64,000 nt of DNA from Octopus bimaculoides (lineage: Eukaryota), in assembly GCF_001194135.2 (NCBI RefSeq), contig NC_068983.1, positions 50,449,833 to 50,513,832 on the forward strand, read 5' to 3'. A program made the position numbers and the translations under genes. Below the pieces are notes generated by a model. The model was given only the letters and a program-made list of their open reading frames with translations. It was not told where the DNA came from and did not search any database. Position 1 is the first letter of the stretch; each line of letters begins with the position of its first letter. Shown here one piece after another: positions 50,771-63,714 of this stretch.

Positions 50771-51651
50771 ACGATTTTCACATGTCGACATTCTTTAGGC
50801 CAACCTGGGAACGTCTAAACCACTCGTACACTTCTGAGTGGCTGATACACACCTCTCCATGCTCATTATTTTTTTCAAATTTGCGTAGGTCTCTGACCTG
50901 ATATCGCCATGATAAATTTCCTGTCATAGTCAATGCGTCGACCACGCGCTACACATGTTCCATCTAAGGACTTCTGTAAACAGCGAAAGTGGCCTTGAAC
51001 GTTAAGATTTAATGCATATGCGCATCAGTGCTTAAGATCAGTCTTTACCAAGCGGCGTCACTCTACATGGTTTAGCTTCGTTAGTATGGCAACAGTCCAA
51101 ATACTTACTGATCAGACTTCGTATCATGATGTCTAGGTACCACAGAAATAGACAGTTTGCCACATACTATTTTAAAATGTCCAATGAATAGCTATGTATC
51201 AGAAATATAACACCCTGTTCCATTAAAACATACTGTCTACAATTTGAAAACCAAATAATAAATTATTAAACACAGTTTGCCAAAGATTGTTGCCAGGTTG
51301 CTTCATGCCAGGCCAGGAATTTCTAAGAAAATGTGAGGTTGTACTATGATCAGATAAGTATGGTCTCATATTATAATATACATACATAAGAGAAAGTGAT
51401 AAAAAGATCCTCTCATGGGTAAGAGAAAATACAGAAAGATCAGTTAATNNNNNNNNNNNNNNNNNNNNNNNNNNNNNNNNNNNNNNNNNNNNNNNNNNNN
51501 NNNNNNNNNNNNNNNNNNNNNNNNNNNNNNNNNNNNNNNNNNNNNNNNNNNNNNNNNNNNNNNNNNNNNNNNNNNNNNNNNNNNNNNNNNNNNNNNNNNN
51601 NNNNNNNNNNNNNNNNNNNNNNNNNNNNNNNNNNNNNNNNNNNNNNNNNNN

Positions 51652-51683
<32 letters not shown>

Positions 51684-52505
51684 TTGTCTAGTTATACTCT
51701 TCAGCACAGCTTGTGCACACTTCACATGCACACATCTATGCAACCATACACCTATAAATTTTCAGAGAAAATATATCTTTACTTATCCACCAATTGCGAT
51801 GCATATTTGTATATTTTACATTTTTCTATAAATCTAGAGACATAATATGGAATTTGATATTTCATCTCAGATTTCTGAAAATAAAGTACATCTATCGATA
51901 TGAGTAGTTTTTTTGTTTATAATTTACAACGGCTTTTATGTTAATAACAGTTGCATTATATTTTGTCAAATAAATGTTTCAAAAACACATAAAACGCAAT
52001 TACGGAAAAATTAGATATAGCAAGAGACGCACAGTGTTCATAATTATTAAATTTTTCCTTCGGTCGTTGAATTCACATTTAGTCACGAAATAGAATGGAA
52101 GAAGAAAAATACAAACACATCTATACACAACGCTCGTTATATATTCATAAATATAAGTAAACTGTCTACATATGAATATGTAAACATACAAACATAGAAA
52201 CTGATACTCACGCAGGCACAGGCACAGACAAATGGCACACACACACATACGCACACGCACCCGGGCACACACGTATATATATAAATGTATGCATACATAC
52301 ACATACACGATGTAAATCAACGAGAGATCTCCATTTAAAAGGAAAGTTGGTCATATGCAGTTGTATATAAAAGTACATTGCAATAAATTATATAGATCGT
52401 TCATTAATTATTCCTAAAGTCTTTGGATTGCAAATGATATGTGAATAGAAACATTCTCACACCATCACACCCATACAAATGTACACGCATACATATAAAC
52501 TTGCA

Positions 52506-52536
<31 letters not shown>

Positions 52537-52911
52537 NNNNNNNNNNNNNNNNNNNNNNNNNNNNNNNNNNNNNNNNNNNNNNNNNNNNNNNNNNNNNNNN
52601 NNNNNNNNNNNNNNNNNNNNNNNNNNNNNNNNNNNNNNNNNNNNNNNNNNNNNNNNNNNNNNNNNNNNNNNNNNNNNNNNNNNNNNNNNNNNNNNNNNNN
52701 NNNNNNNNNNNNNNNNNNNNNNNNNNNNNNNNNNNNNNNNNNNNNNNNNNNNNNNNNNNNNNNNNNNNNNNNNNNNNNNNNNNNNNNNNNNNNATATATA
52801 TACATATATATATACATATATGTATATCAATGTATATACATATATAACTATATATATATATAATATATATAATTTATATGTGTGTGTGTAAGCATATACA
52901 TGAATATGTAT

Positions 52912-52942
<31 letters not shown>

Positions 52943-53396
52943 AGCATACGACGATAATGTTCTGCGTGTAATAATAAAATATAATGTATGTTGATCACAT
53001 GTGGTCGTATTTTATAATAAATCGCTCACAACAAACAATACAAAATATATACTTCAATTGTTACAACGAATTAGCATGGGAAATGAATTATGAATACAAA
53101 GACATGTCCTTAAATTTATGTAAGTATTCATATATCTGTATGTCGACATGCACGTGCAAATATAATAGATAACCATCGCTCATAATCTCACATTAGCATA
53201 TAAACACATACATTGGTTTGTAATTTCAAGTAATTTAATATGATTTTCAAATCAGTTCTTTTCCTTTGATAACGGTTTACATTTTGAGGGAAATGGGGAG
53301 GCGGCATATATTCTAATTGATAAAGCACAGACATACACATATGTATGCTTGCATGAACAATTTACACAAATTCATACTAACATACACGCACTCACA

Positions 53397-53437
<41 letters not shown>

Positions 53438-53734
53438 ACACACACACACACACATANNNNNNNNNNNNNNNNNNNNNNNNNNNNNNNNNNNNNNNNNNNN
53501 NNNNNNNNNNNNNNNNNNNNNNNNNNNNNNNNNNNNNNNNNNNNNNNNNNNNNNNNNNNNNNNNNNNNNNNNNNNNNNNNNNNNNNNNNNNNNNNNNNNN
53601 NNNNNNNNNNNNNNNNNNNNNNNNNNNNNNNNNNNNNNNNNNNNNNNNNNNNNNNNNNNNNNNNNNNNNNNNNNNNNNNNNNNNNNNNTATATATATATA
53701 TACATATACAGAGGAGTGTATATGTATATGAATG

Positions 53735-53803
<69 letters not shown>

Positions 53804-54057
53804 TTAACTCTGTGTGCATATGCATGCATATGAATATTTGTGTGTGTATGTGTTTGTGTGCGTGTGATGTGTGTATTTGTGTCTAGAGATATCGCATATA
53901 ATATATGCGTTTTCATTTTAGATAGACACTGTATAACTAATTAATTTCATCTATTTGAAATTGTTAAGCAGAACGTTTGAGACAATATGTCATTTTAAAA
54001 TTAATTTATATGTGCTACTGCCTGAGTCTGATTGCCTAATATATATGTATCATTATA

Positions 54058-54058
54058 A

Positions 54059-54117
<59 letters not shown>

Positions 54118-54118
54118 A
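54058..54118. repeat. (ATCT)n microsatellite
   Basis: Direct inspection. Confidence 0.97.
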
Positions 54119-54556
54119 CTGCTTGTTTGTGTCTAAAAGTCTTTTCCAGCTAGCGATTCTCATTGTATGCTAAACCAAACGAGGAATGATCTTAGGCCCA
54201 AGACAATCTCGATATGAATTTGCTATTTAACATCTCCATATGACTTATGCATAGATTCTTCAGCTGTGTAAGCCTTAATTGTTTTTGCTGCAAGCAGGCA
54301 GAATTTCTGGTAGTTAATATAGTAGACCTCAGATTTAAACCTTTCGTTCGTCGGGTACGCTTCAGCGAACTTCATTTCATTTTATTATACGTCTGGAAAA
54401 TGCAAATAGGGGTGGCTACATCTTACGGTAAACACAAAATCGTAAACCACCCAGCTTTTACGTCTTCCAGGGATATAGTCAAATGAAATTGTGCCCTCTT
54501 AAGCGTACACAAGGTTTAAAAGAATTAAAATGGAGTGTCCAAAATGTGTTGTAAGA

Positions 54557-54771
54557 AAGGCGGGGAGCTGGCGAATACGTTAGCGCACCGGACGAAATGC
54601 TTAGCGGTATTTCGTCTCTCTTTACGTTCTGAGTTCAAATTCCGTCGAGGTCGACTTGCCTTTCATCTTTTCTGTGTCGATAAAATTAAGTACCAGATGC
54701 GTGCAGGGGTCGATCTAATTGACTGGCCTCCCTCCCCAATTATTTCGGGCATTGTGCTTTGAGTAGAAAAG
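54557..54771 (+). mobile_element. SINE family A, full length with 16-bp TSD
   Basis: Head and central domain intact; TSD aaaatgtgttgtaaga (54541-54556) versus aaaatctgttgcaaga (54772-54787), 2 mismatches. Confidence 0.92.
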
Positions 54772-55711
54772 AAAATCTGTTGCAAGATGGCTACTGTTTT
54801 GGAGAATGAAGTTTAAATTTTCAAGAGCAGAAATAATGAAAACCTAAGTGATATGTTTCAAAGAGTTAAACGATCAACCAACAAAATAATGTTCCGGTTA
54901 ATGCTGTATTCCTGGTCTTTTCCAAATGTATTTCAGTTCCTTTATGAAGTCGTTTGTCTGTATCCTTGTTACTGTTGATCATTCTATACAAATTCGAGAG
55001 AACATTCTCATAAAGAATATTTTCGAAATATTTCCCTTACACTTAAGTTTTGAAACCATTTATTAAACATTATCATGAGATTTTAAAAATCTCTAGTTCT
55101 GTATTTATGCCACTGCATCTATTAAACTTATTCATCTTTTTCAAATTAAAAAGAAAAACTATAAGCAAAATAAAAGCATTCACTACTGGCATTAATGTTA
55201 AATTGCTTGAGTTGAAACATATATTTAGAGTTTTAAAAGAGATTTATATTAACTTTTGTATATGAATGACTCTATAGTTCAGCAAGAATATATTTGTTCT
55301 TAAACTGCATTTTCTATCACTAAAAATATACAGAGAAGAAATAATAACTGGAAACATTTATTATCTCTGCGTGGAACTTCCTATTTTCTTGCTTGCAGCA
55401 GCGTTTGCATTCATTTTAATTCAAAACAACTTTTTTGAAATTAACTGCGAAGCATACACACGCTTTTGTCTCTTTCAGAATGTTCTGAAGCTGTTTACGA
55501 TACGCAGTGGATGATCGCATGGTACAAGAATTGCCTGTTCAGTCTCGTCATATGTGGGTGTATATAAATGTGGGAACTATAAACAATATGCTCTCTATAT
55601 GAGCTGATACAGGATCTATGATATTATTTACAACCCGATGATTCAATATATTTCAAGAAGATATTCTACCCTCACATGAAACGTTGTCATGATAACAACA
55701 ACAACAACAAC

Positions 55712-55772
<61 letters not shown>

Positions 55773-55774
<2 letters not shown>

Positions 55775-56811
55775 TAGAACAGCAACGGACCATGATAAAA
55801 CGATGGCAAGAAAAGCCCCTACATGGTAAATACTGGGCTAAACTAGATGCGAAAGAAATAGACAGATAAAAATCCCAGCAATGGCTGAGANNNNNNNNNN
55901 NNNNNNNNNNNNNNNNNNNNNNNNNNNNNNNNNNNNNNNNNNNNNNNNNNNNNNNNNNNNNNNNNNNNNNNNNNNNNNNNNNNNNNNNNNNNNNNNNNNN
56001 NNNNNNNNNNNNNNNNNNNNNNNNNNNNNNNNNNNNNNNNNNNNNNNNNNNNNNNNNNNNNNNNNNNNNNNNNNNNNNNNNNNNNNNNNNNNNNNNNNNN
56101 NNNNNNNNNNNNNNNNNNNNNNNNNNNNNNNNNNNNNNNNNNNNNNNNNNNNNNNNNNNNNNNNNNNNNNNNNNNNNNNNNNNNNNNNNNNNNNNNNNNN
56201 NNNNNNNNNNNNNNNNNNNNNNNNNNNNNNNNNNNNNNNNNNNNNNNNNNNNNNNNNNNNNNNNNNNNNNNNNNNNNNNNNNNNNNNNNNNNNNNNNNNN
56301 NNNNNNNNNNNNNNNNNNNNNNNNNNNNNNNNNNNNNNNNNNNNNNNNNNNNNNNNNNNNNNNNNNNNNNNNNNNNNNNNNNNNNNNNNNNNNNNNNNNN
56401 NNNNNNNNNNNNNNNNNNNNNNNNNNNNNNNNNNNNNNNNNNNNNNNNNNNNNNNNNNNNNNNNNNNNNNNNNNNNTAACAGAAATGGAAAAACTTTCAA
56501 AATACAAAGACCTGGAAATAGAGATAACTCGAATGTGGAATCTAAAAACAGAAACAATTCCTATCATAGTAGGTGCCTTAGGTATAATAAAAAAAATATT
56601 CAGACAAATACATAACAAAAACCCCAGGACTTACAAATATATATAACATACAGAAAATTGCACTACTGGGCACTGCACACATCCTACGCAAAACACTTTC
56701 AATACAGTAAACATAAGAGCACCACAGCAAACCACAGCACACACCCAAGGAGCACAGAGCTGCGCTCGGTAATGAAGTGAAAGCACGTTATAAAAATAAA
56801 ACTACTGAACA
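55773..56811 (+). mobile_element. Young 5'-truncated R4/Dong element inserted in (TAA)n (gap at 55891-56476)
   Basis: LEQQRTMIKRWQEKPLHGKYW; EKLSKYKDLEIEITRMWNLKTETIPIIVGALGII; NIQKIALLGTAHILRKTLSIQ*; ~100-bp 3' UTR; (AAT)n on both sides (55690-55772, 56811-56870). Confidence 0.93.
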
Positions 56812-57099
56812 ATGATAATAATAATAATAATAACAACAACAACAACAACAATAATAATAATGATAATAATCACGTGATCAACAGATCGGCCAGTCTATCT
56901 GAGGTTGTTATACATTGCTTGTCACAATGCGCTTTGCGCCATTTTATGTTTCAAATGATGGTACCCCACTGGCACGGCGAGCAGGCCAACATTTCCTCTG
57001 ATTGGAACGCTTCTCCGTTGCTGGTAACCGATCACAGCCTGTTGGTAGTTGTTTATTTTATTGGATATTTGCTATATAGTGTGAATTGAGTCTGTGGAT

Positions 57100-57770
57100 T
57101 ATTATTAGTATTGAATCATTGAATTGTTAATGTCTTGAGTGGTATATGAGTTGTTCCTAGTAGGGATGATTTTTGGATAGTGGTGCAGTGCTGAGCATCC
57201 AGCTTCTACGTTTTTGTTCATAATTTTTTCGTGCCCAAAACTCCAATAATTACCGGTATTATATTCACCTTCATGCCCAAGATCTCGAATACTTCAATTT
57301 CGAGCCTTTGTACTTTGACAATTTCTCCACTTCTTTTGGCCAAATGTTTTGTCAGAAGGGACGGCAATGTCTATCAGTGAACAGGCGTTTTTTTATCCAA
57401 TCCTTGATTATTATGTCTGGGTGATTAGCATTCATTTCATTGTTAGTCTGAACAGGCGTATCCCAGATGGTTGTGGCTTGGTCCTTTACCGTGTCTTGTA
57501 CCTGTTTGGCAGGTGTTTATACAATTTAATGTCAGTTTTTGAGCTATAACTTCTTACTCAGTCGTTTCTGTATATATTTATTCCTATTTGGCATGGAGTG
57601 GACAATCATAGATGATGTGGGCAAGTGTCACATTTTTCTGGTTGCACATTCTGCATTTGGTGTTAAGGCCTGTTTTTTTATTTTCCTTTTCTATTTGTTT
57701 GTAGCCAGGCATTCTTCTGCAGCTAGAATCAGTAATTCCGCTTCAACTTTTAGGCCAGACTTTTGAGCCA
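57100..57770 (-). mobile_element. R4/Dong-clade remnant: CCHC knuckle plus RLE
   Basis: Minus strand: GLKVEAELLILAAEECL; KCRMCNQKNVTLAHIIYDC; TIWDTPVQT; NHPDIIIKD; LIDIAVPSD; KEVEKLSKY; IIPVIIGVLG. Confidence 0.85.
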
Positions 57771-59159
57771 TAACTTCGGGTCATTACTTCTCCATCAAGC
57801 TTTGCAGGGCATTGATCATGGAGTGATTTTTCTCTCCATTTCATTTTTAGTACGGTTTGTAATTCAGTTTTCATGCTGTTCTTTCTATCTCATCATTTCT
57901 CCTATCTGAGGTTATTGTATGAGCGGTGTTTGTGTCTGTNNNNNNNNNNNNNNNNNNNNNNNNNNNNNNNNNNNNNNNNNNNNNNNNNNNNNNNNNNNNN
58001 NNNNNNNNNNNNNNNNNNNNNNNNNNNNNNNNNNNNNNNNNNNNNNNACCACCACCATGACTTCAAAACAATGACTTTACACTGTTTGTTCTTTCTGTCT
58101 TCCTCGGTTATATCAGGACTTCTGCCATCAATAATTTAGCGTAACTTTTTAGAAAATTTGTTATTACCATAAAGACTTCGTTTCCAAAAAGTACTCTAGA
58201 AAAAACATTTTCTTCTGAATGAGAAGATTTCAGTATTATATCTTTCAAATGCTTATCCTCAATTTTCGTAGATGAACACAAGCGAACGAGCGTGAGGGAA
58301 CTGGAAAAAATAATGGCCATATATGATTAAAAGTGAAGTGCACCAGAGGTCATCGAATGGCACGAGTCGTTTGAAAAGGATTACTGCCATAATTTAACAT
58401 CATTTAACAATAATTCTATGTTATAATCAGAAGAGAAATAACATCGCCCATGGCATTTTCTCTTCGTATTCAGAGTTGAAGGAGGCAAGGGAGAGATTTC
58501 TGCTCATGCGGCATGGTGAGACAACTTAATTTGCATTCTTAGAACATGCATTATCGTTCTTTTAACAAAGCCATCCAGACGGCGCTTGTTAGATTTAAAA
58601 TAGATATCGAATTACATCTACCATCAAACTTGACCTGCAATGCTTCTGCAAAAAAAAAAAAACGGCATTTATGAAAAACGGAAACCAACGATATCAAAAC
58701 AGCAATAGTAAAACAATTACATATATATGAATGCGAATCCGAAGACGAATCCGCCAAATTGAAGAGACTCTGCATGCACGTCGTGCATTTAATTTGAATT
58801 AAGGCTGTTACAGTATACAGAACAATTGAACAGTTTGAAATGATCAAATTTCCTCATTAGGCCATCAAATGTACAATTGATATACTTCTTCTATTTGGTG
58901 CAGTTGATGAAGATAATGGTGATGATGATGTAGATGAAGAGATCAATGACGACAAAGAAGATGGCGACTTTGCTGAGAATGTCCATCGCAGTGGTAGTGG
59001 TGGTGATGGCGTATAGAAATGGCACCAAATCAAAATGAACGTTTGCCTGATGAAGATGCCTTTGGTGATATCGAGATCTTCTTGTGTCAGTATATGTGTG
59101 TGTGGGTGCGTGTGTATGTATACATATATATACGTGTGTATATATATGTATATGTATAC

Positions 59160-59210
<51 letters not shown>

Positions 59211-60202
59211 TGTATGTATATGTACATATGTATGTGTTTATATATAANNNNNNNNNNNNNNNNNNNNNNNNNNNNNNNNNNNNNNNNNNNNNNNNNNNNN
59301 NNNNNNNNNNNNNNNNNNNNNNNNNNNNNNNNNNNNNNNNNNNNNTATATATATATATATATATTAGGTGAGTCATGAATAATAATCACCAGAGAATCAC
59401 GTGGATCATGCTAAAAGGAAACGCTCCTTGCATAAAGTATAAAATTGTCATTATATAACTCTTACACAACGTTCAAGTCAATCAAATATCAACTCAAATG
59501 TCGTGTGCATCTCACATCAGCTCGAAATCGTTACATAATATGACCCTATAAATCTCAGCAATTCCAAGAATGATTATAAATTTATGTAGGTATCAAAGGG
59601 GAAAAACTGCAAAATGATATATTAAAGAAATATTCTATATCATGCTATGTAATGTACAATAAAAATTTAACACAAGCATATTGAGAAATATCTTGAAAGA
59701 ATTTCTGACTCTATGTAATCAGATAACAGAAATAAAATTGTTATTAAAATTACATATAAGCAAATGATATGGATTACGTGTGTTACTCAAGAGCGTTCTT
59801 GTTTGAATCCATTTCAGGATATTTTCTGCGAGTTATAATGACGCTATTTTCATTATTTCAGCATTTTTTTCCTAACCACCCAAACAAAAATAATCCAGAT
59901 TTAAAGACAAATTGTATGCGGAAGATGGATTGATTTGATGGAGACATGAAACAGTAAATGGAGCATGAACAATAAAACTTGCGATATGTATTGACAAAAC
60001 TCAGTGTAATAGTGCTGCATAATTCAATTAGACGAATATCGCACAAAGCTATGCAATTCAGGCCGGCAAATGGAGGGAAAAAACAAAATTACGAGAGCTA
60101 TATTGTTGTTCCTGGTGATTCCTGTGGTATATGTGAATGATTAATAAAAACGAATTTGTTGCCAAGCGATGCATGTGTGTAGATATATATATATATATAT
60201 AC

Positions 60203-60594
60203 AGTCGATTACATCGCCCAACTACGCAACTGATAATGAATTTATCGACCCCGAAAGAATGAAAGGTAAAGTCGACCTCGACGGAAATTGAGCTCATAAC
60301 GAAAAGACAGACGAAATACTGCTAAGCACTTCGTCCGGCATGCTAACGTCTCTGCCAGCTCGCCGCCTTAAAATATTCTTTTCTACACTAGGCACAAGGC
60401 CCGAAATTTGTGTGTGGGGGGGGGATAGTCGATTGGATCAATCCCTGTACGCAACTGGTACTTAATTTATCGACCCCGAAAAGATGAAAGGCAATGTCAA
60501 CTTCAGTGGAATTTGATCTCAGAATGCAAAGGCAGACAGAATACCGCTGAGCACTTCGCCCGGCGTACTAACGTTTCTGCCAGCATACCGCGTT
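60203..60594 (-). mobile_element. Two tandem SINE family A copies (60203-60369, 60376-60594)
   Basis: Each shows atttatcgaccccgaaa..atgaaagg...gctaag/gagcacttcg.ccggc..ctaacgt.tctgccagc. Confidence 0.9.
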
Positions 60595-60829
60595 ACGAAA
60601 TCAAATATTATACAAACATTGCTTATCATTGGATTAGATGACGGTGTAGGTTGGATGCACTGTATTAAGTATACATATGGCCAGATCTCGTATTAAACGA
60701 AAATATGTATTAATTTCGATGCAGTTATTCCCGCTACATTATATACATATACATACAGCTACATACATATATTTCGTATGTGTATTTCGTGTGCAAGATT
60801 CTTGATGTGGATACGTGTGTTGAAAGAAA

Positions 60830-61299
60830 TACAATTAAACCTTGGGAGAGGCATTATGCCGGTAATAAACACACGCACTGGTTCAGTCCTTTATTAATTT
60901 ATATAGTTTTTTGTTAAATTATTTCATTGCACTCTTGCAATCTCTTCAGTAACTTGTCTCTCCACTTCCATTTNNNNNNNNNNTATATAGTTTTTTGTTA
61001 AATTATTTCATTGCACTCTTGCAATCTCTTCAGTAACTTGTCTCTCCACTTCCATTTATGAGCGTGCACACATACGAGCTTGCACACACTCACATGCTCA
61101 TACCAAACAGTTTCGAAACAACGCCAAAACAACGCCAGATCATATATTCAAAATAAATGGAAGTGGAGAGACAAGTTACTGAAGAGATTGCAAGAGTGCA
61201 ATGAAATAATTTAACAAAAAAACTATATAAATTAATAAAGGACTGAACCAGTGCGTGTGTTTATTACCGGCATAATGCCTCTCCCAAGGTTTAATTGTA
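60830..61299. repeat. Foldback: ~145-bp near-perfect inverted arms around a 93-bp spacer, TA at both outer ends
   Basis: 60830-60973 (completed by 60984-61059 across a 10-N gap) is the reverse complement of 61153-61299 except for one homopolymer base (T6 versus A7). Confidence 0.92.
61175..61215 (+). ncRNA. Minimal type-I hammerhead-ribozyme-like motif inside the foldback arm
   Basis: gtta-CTGAaGA-g-attgca[agag]tgcaat-GAA-ataat-t-taac; mirror copies on the minus strand at 60913-60953 and 60997-61037. Confidence 0.45.
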
Positions 61300-61331
61300 C
61301 ATACATATAATTGTCTGTTTATGTGTGAGTA

Positions 61332-61715
61332 TACTTTTACTCTTTTACTTGTTTCAGTCATTTGACTGCGGCCATGCTGGTGCACCGCCTTTTAGTCGAG
61401 CAAATCGACCTCAGGACTTATTGTTTGGAAGCCTAGTACTTATTCTATCGGTCTCTTTTGGTGAACCGCTAAATTACGGGGACGTAAACACACCACCGTC
61501 GGTTGTCATGCACAAACACACAAACATACACACACACACACACATAGATATATATGCATATACATATATCCGACGGACTTCTTTCAGTTTCCGTCTACCA
61601 AATCCACTCACAAGCCTATAGTAGAAGACACATTCCCAAGGTGCCACGCAGTGGGAATGAACCCGGAACCGTGTGGTTGGCATGCAAGCTACTTACCACC
61701 AGCCACTCCTGCACC
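61332..61715 (-). mobile_element. SINE family B (OR-like CORE-SINE), full length
   Basis: Reverse complement: ggtgcaggagtggctggtggtaagtagcttgc (A box), ggttccgggttcattccc (B box), CORE-like gtggcaccttgggaatgtgtcttct, internal (TG)n/(TA)n, 3' domain ending gaaacaagtaaaagagtaaaag. Confidence 0.93.
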
Positions 61716-62338
61716 TATATACATATAATACATACGCGCGCGTGTATGCATTTATTATACAGAGCGAGATAGAGAGAGGCAAAGAGAGTTCGTCAGAAAA
61801 TCATGACTTCGAAATAGAACTGCGCTCTAAATTATAGAGCAGTAGAACAATTATATAAAGATTGTTACGTCTGGTCTGCGGGGTAACCCAACTTAACGGC
61901 GTCCATAAGGTTCCCAGCTTTACAACGTCACTTTAAACCCTAATGACCCGTAGTTTATAACTGGCCATTAGTATCTGAGAAGACGCTGTAAAGCTGGTTG
62001 CTTTGTGGGCATGAAAACCAAGGTAATCCCATAGAACGGCCGTAATTGTCTTTATCTACTTATGTACATAACAACACTTGATAGGCTTTAGGTGCAACTG
62101 TTGATAATCTTTACTTCTTAAAGAACAGGTAACCACATTAAAGGAGTTCTTTTTAACTTGTGTCAGCAAATAGTGCCCTACGCCACTGTAACCAAGAAAC
62201 CGGGATTGTGAGTCTTTGCATCGGGAAGGAATTTCGTTCAATTTTCTGATGTCCCTATATACATATACGCACATATATATCCATGTATACACATATAACT
62301 ATAGTCATATATGCATATACAAATATATATAGATATGG

Positions 62339-62385
<47 letters not shown>

Positions 62386-63299
62386 CAATATGGAATATAT
62401 GTATGTATGTATGTNNNNNNNNNNNNNNNNNNNNNNNNNNNNNNNNNNNNNNNNNNNNNNNNNNNNNNNNNNNNNNNNNNNNNNNNNNNNNNNNNNNNNN
62501 NNNNNNNNNNNNNNNNNNNNNNNNNNNNNNNNNNNNNNNNNNNNNNNNNNNNNNNNNNNNNNNNNNNNNNNNNNNNNNNNNNNNNNNNNNNNNNNNNNNN
62601 NNNNNNNNNNNNNNNNNNNNNNNNNNNNNNNNNNNNNNNNNNNNNNNNNNNNNNNNNNNNNNNNNNNNNNNNNNNNNNNNNNNNNNNNNNNNNNNNNNNN
62701 NNNNNNNNNNNNNNNNNNNNNNNNNNNNNNNNNNNNNNNNNNNNNNNNNNNNNNNNNNNNNNNNNNNNNNTATATATATATATATATATGTATGCATGTA
62801 TATATGTTTGTATGTATATATATATGTATGTATGTGTTACTGTGCGTTTGTGTTTTCATATACGTATTATATATATATTTTTATATGCATGTGTTCATAA
62901 GCACATATATCCACCTATGTATAAACATGAACTTACGACAATATTAGAAAATGCAATTAAATATATCTTTCTCCGAATTCTTAGGAAATATGGATTAACA
63001 TATATGCTTTATTGATGCTCTTTGCATCCCTCCCAAGGCTTTCTCATTCTTGATTTTAAAGTCACATATTAGAATGTTTGAAGCATTCATTTACAGAAAT
63101 TGATTGAATTTGTTCGTGTTCCACGGAGAACATCATAGTGAGATTTACTGAATCTAAAAATGTATAACTATATTTCAATGTGTAAATATAGAATATATTT
63201 TATAAGCTTCCAAAATCTTTTTTGAATATTTCTTACAAGCAACATCAAAGCAGAAGATATAATAGTTTCTACTTTGTCTTCTCTATTTTATATTTGTAT

Positions 63300-63480
63300 T
63301 TGTTTCACAGTTTGGCTTGCAGTCATGCTGGGGCATCACTACGAAGAGGTTATCAGATAATTACAGCTCTCCCAGTAGTAATTAACATATAGACTGGCGC
63401 TAATTCAACCAGTTTCTTTTGCTGGTCAGTTCCGTTATGGGGATATAACGAAACTAACACCGGTTGGCAAGTAGTTAAGG
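63300..63480 (-). mobile_element. SINE family B, 3' part, highly degenerate
   Basis: ttgtttc...gcagtcatgctggggcatcac...gttatggggatataac...caccggttggcaag. Confidence 0.5.
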
Positions 63481-63714
63481 GAGCAATGACAACCGCAATG
63501 TCATACACGCATACACGTTCTGATCAATACGTATCCAGATTGTTGTCATAGTAACGAAACTAAAGCACGGAATGTAAAGCCACTTAGTACAGATTGACCT
63601 TGTACTCTGCTGTGCACGCGCACTAAGTTCTGGCGTTCTAGTCTACTTCCCTTGTTTACAGCAGTGCTTGGAAGGAAGGTGTGTACCGTGTGATCGTCGC
63701 ATTGAACATTTCAG

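Noticed and set aside
58108-58320. 70-aa minus-strand ORF with protein-like composition
   Set aside because: No recognisable motif, no splice context, and a length within chance expectation.
59048-59095. CTGATGA...GAGA hammerhead-like string
   Set aside because: GAGA instead of GAAA, no stem I pairing, and it lies at the edge of a degenerate GAT tract.
60900-61057. 74-bp tandem duplication that would give two tandem hammerhead motifs on the minus strand
   Set aside because: Same pattern of identical copies on either side of a 10-N gap. It is not counted as a real dimer without long reads, although a collapsed tandem array cannot be excluded.
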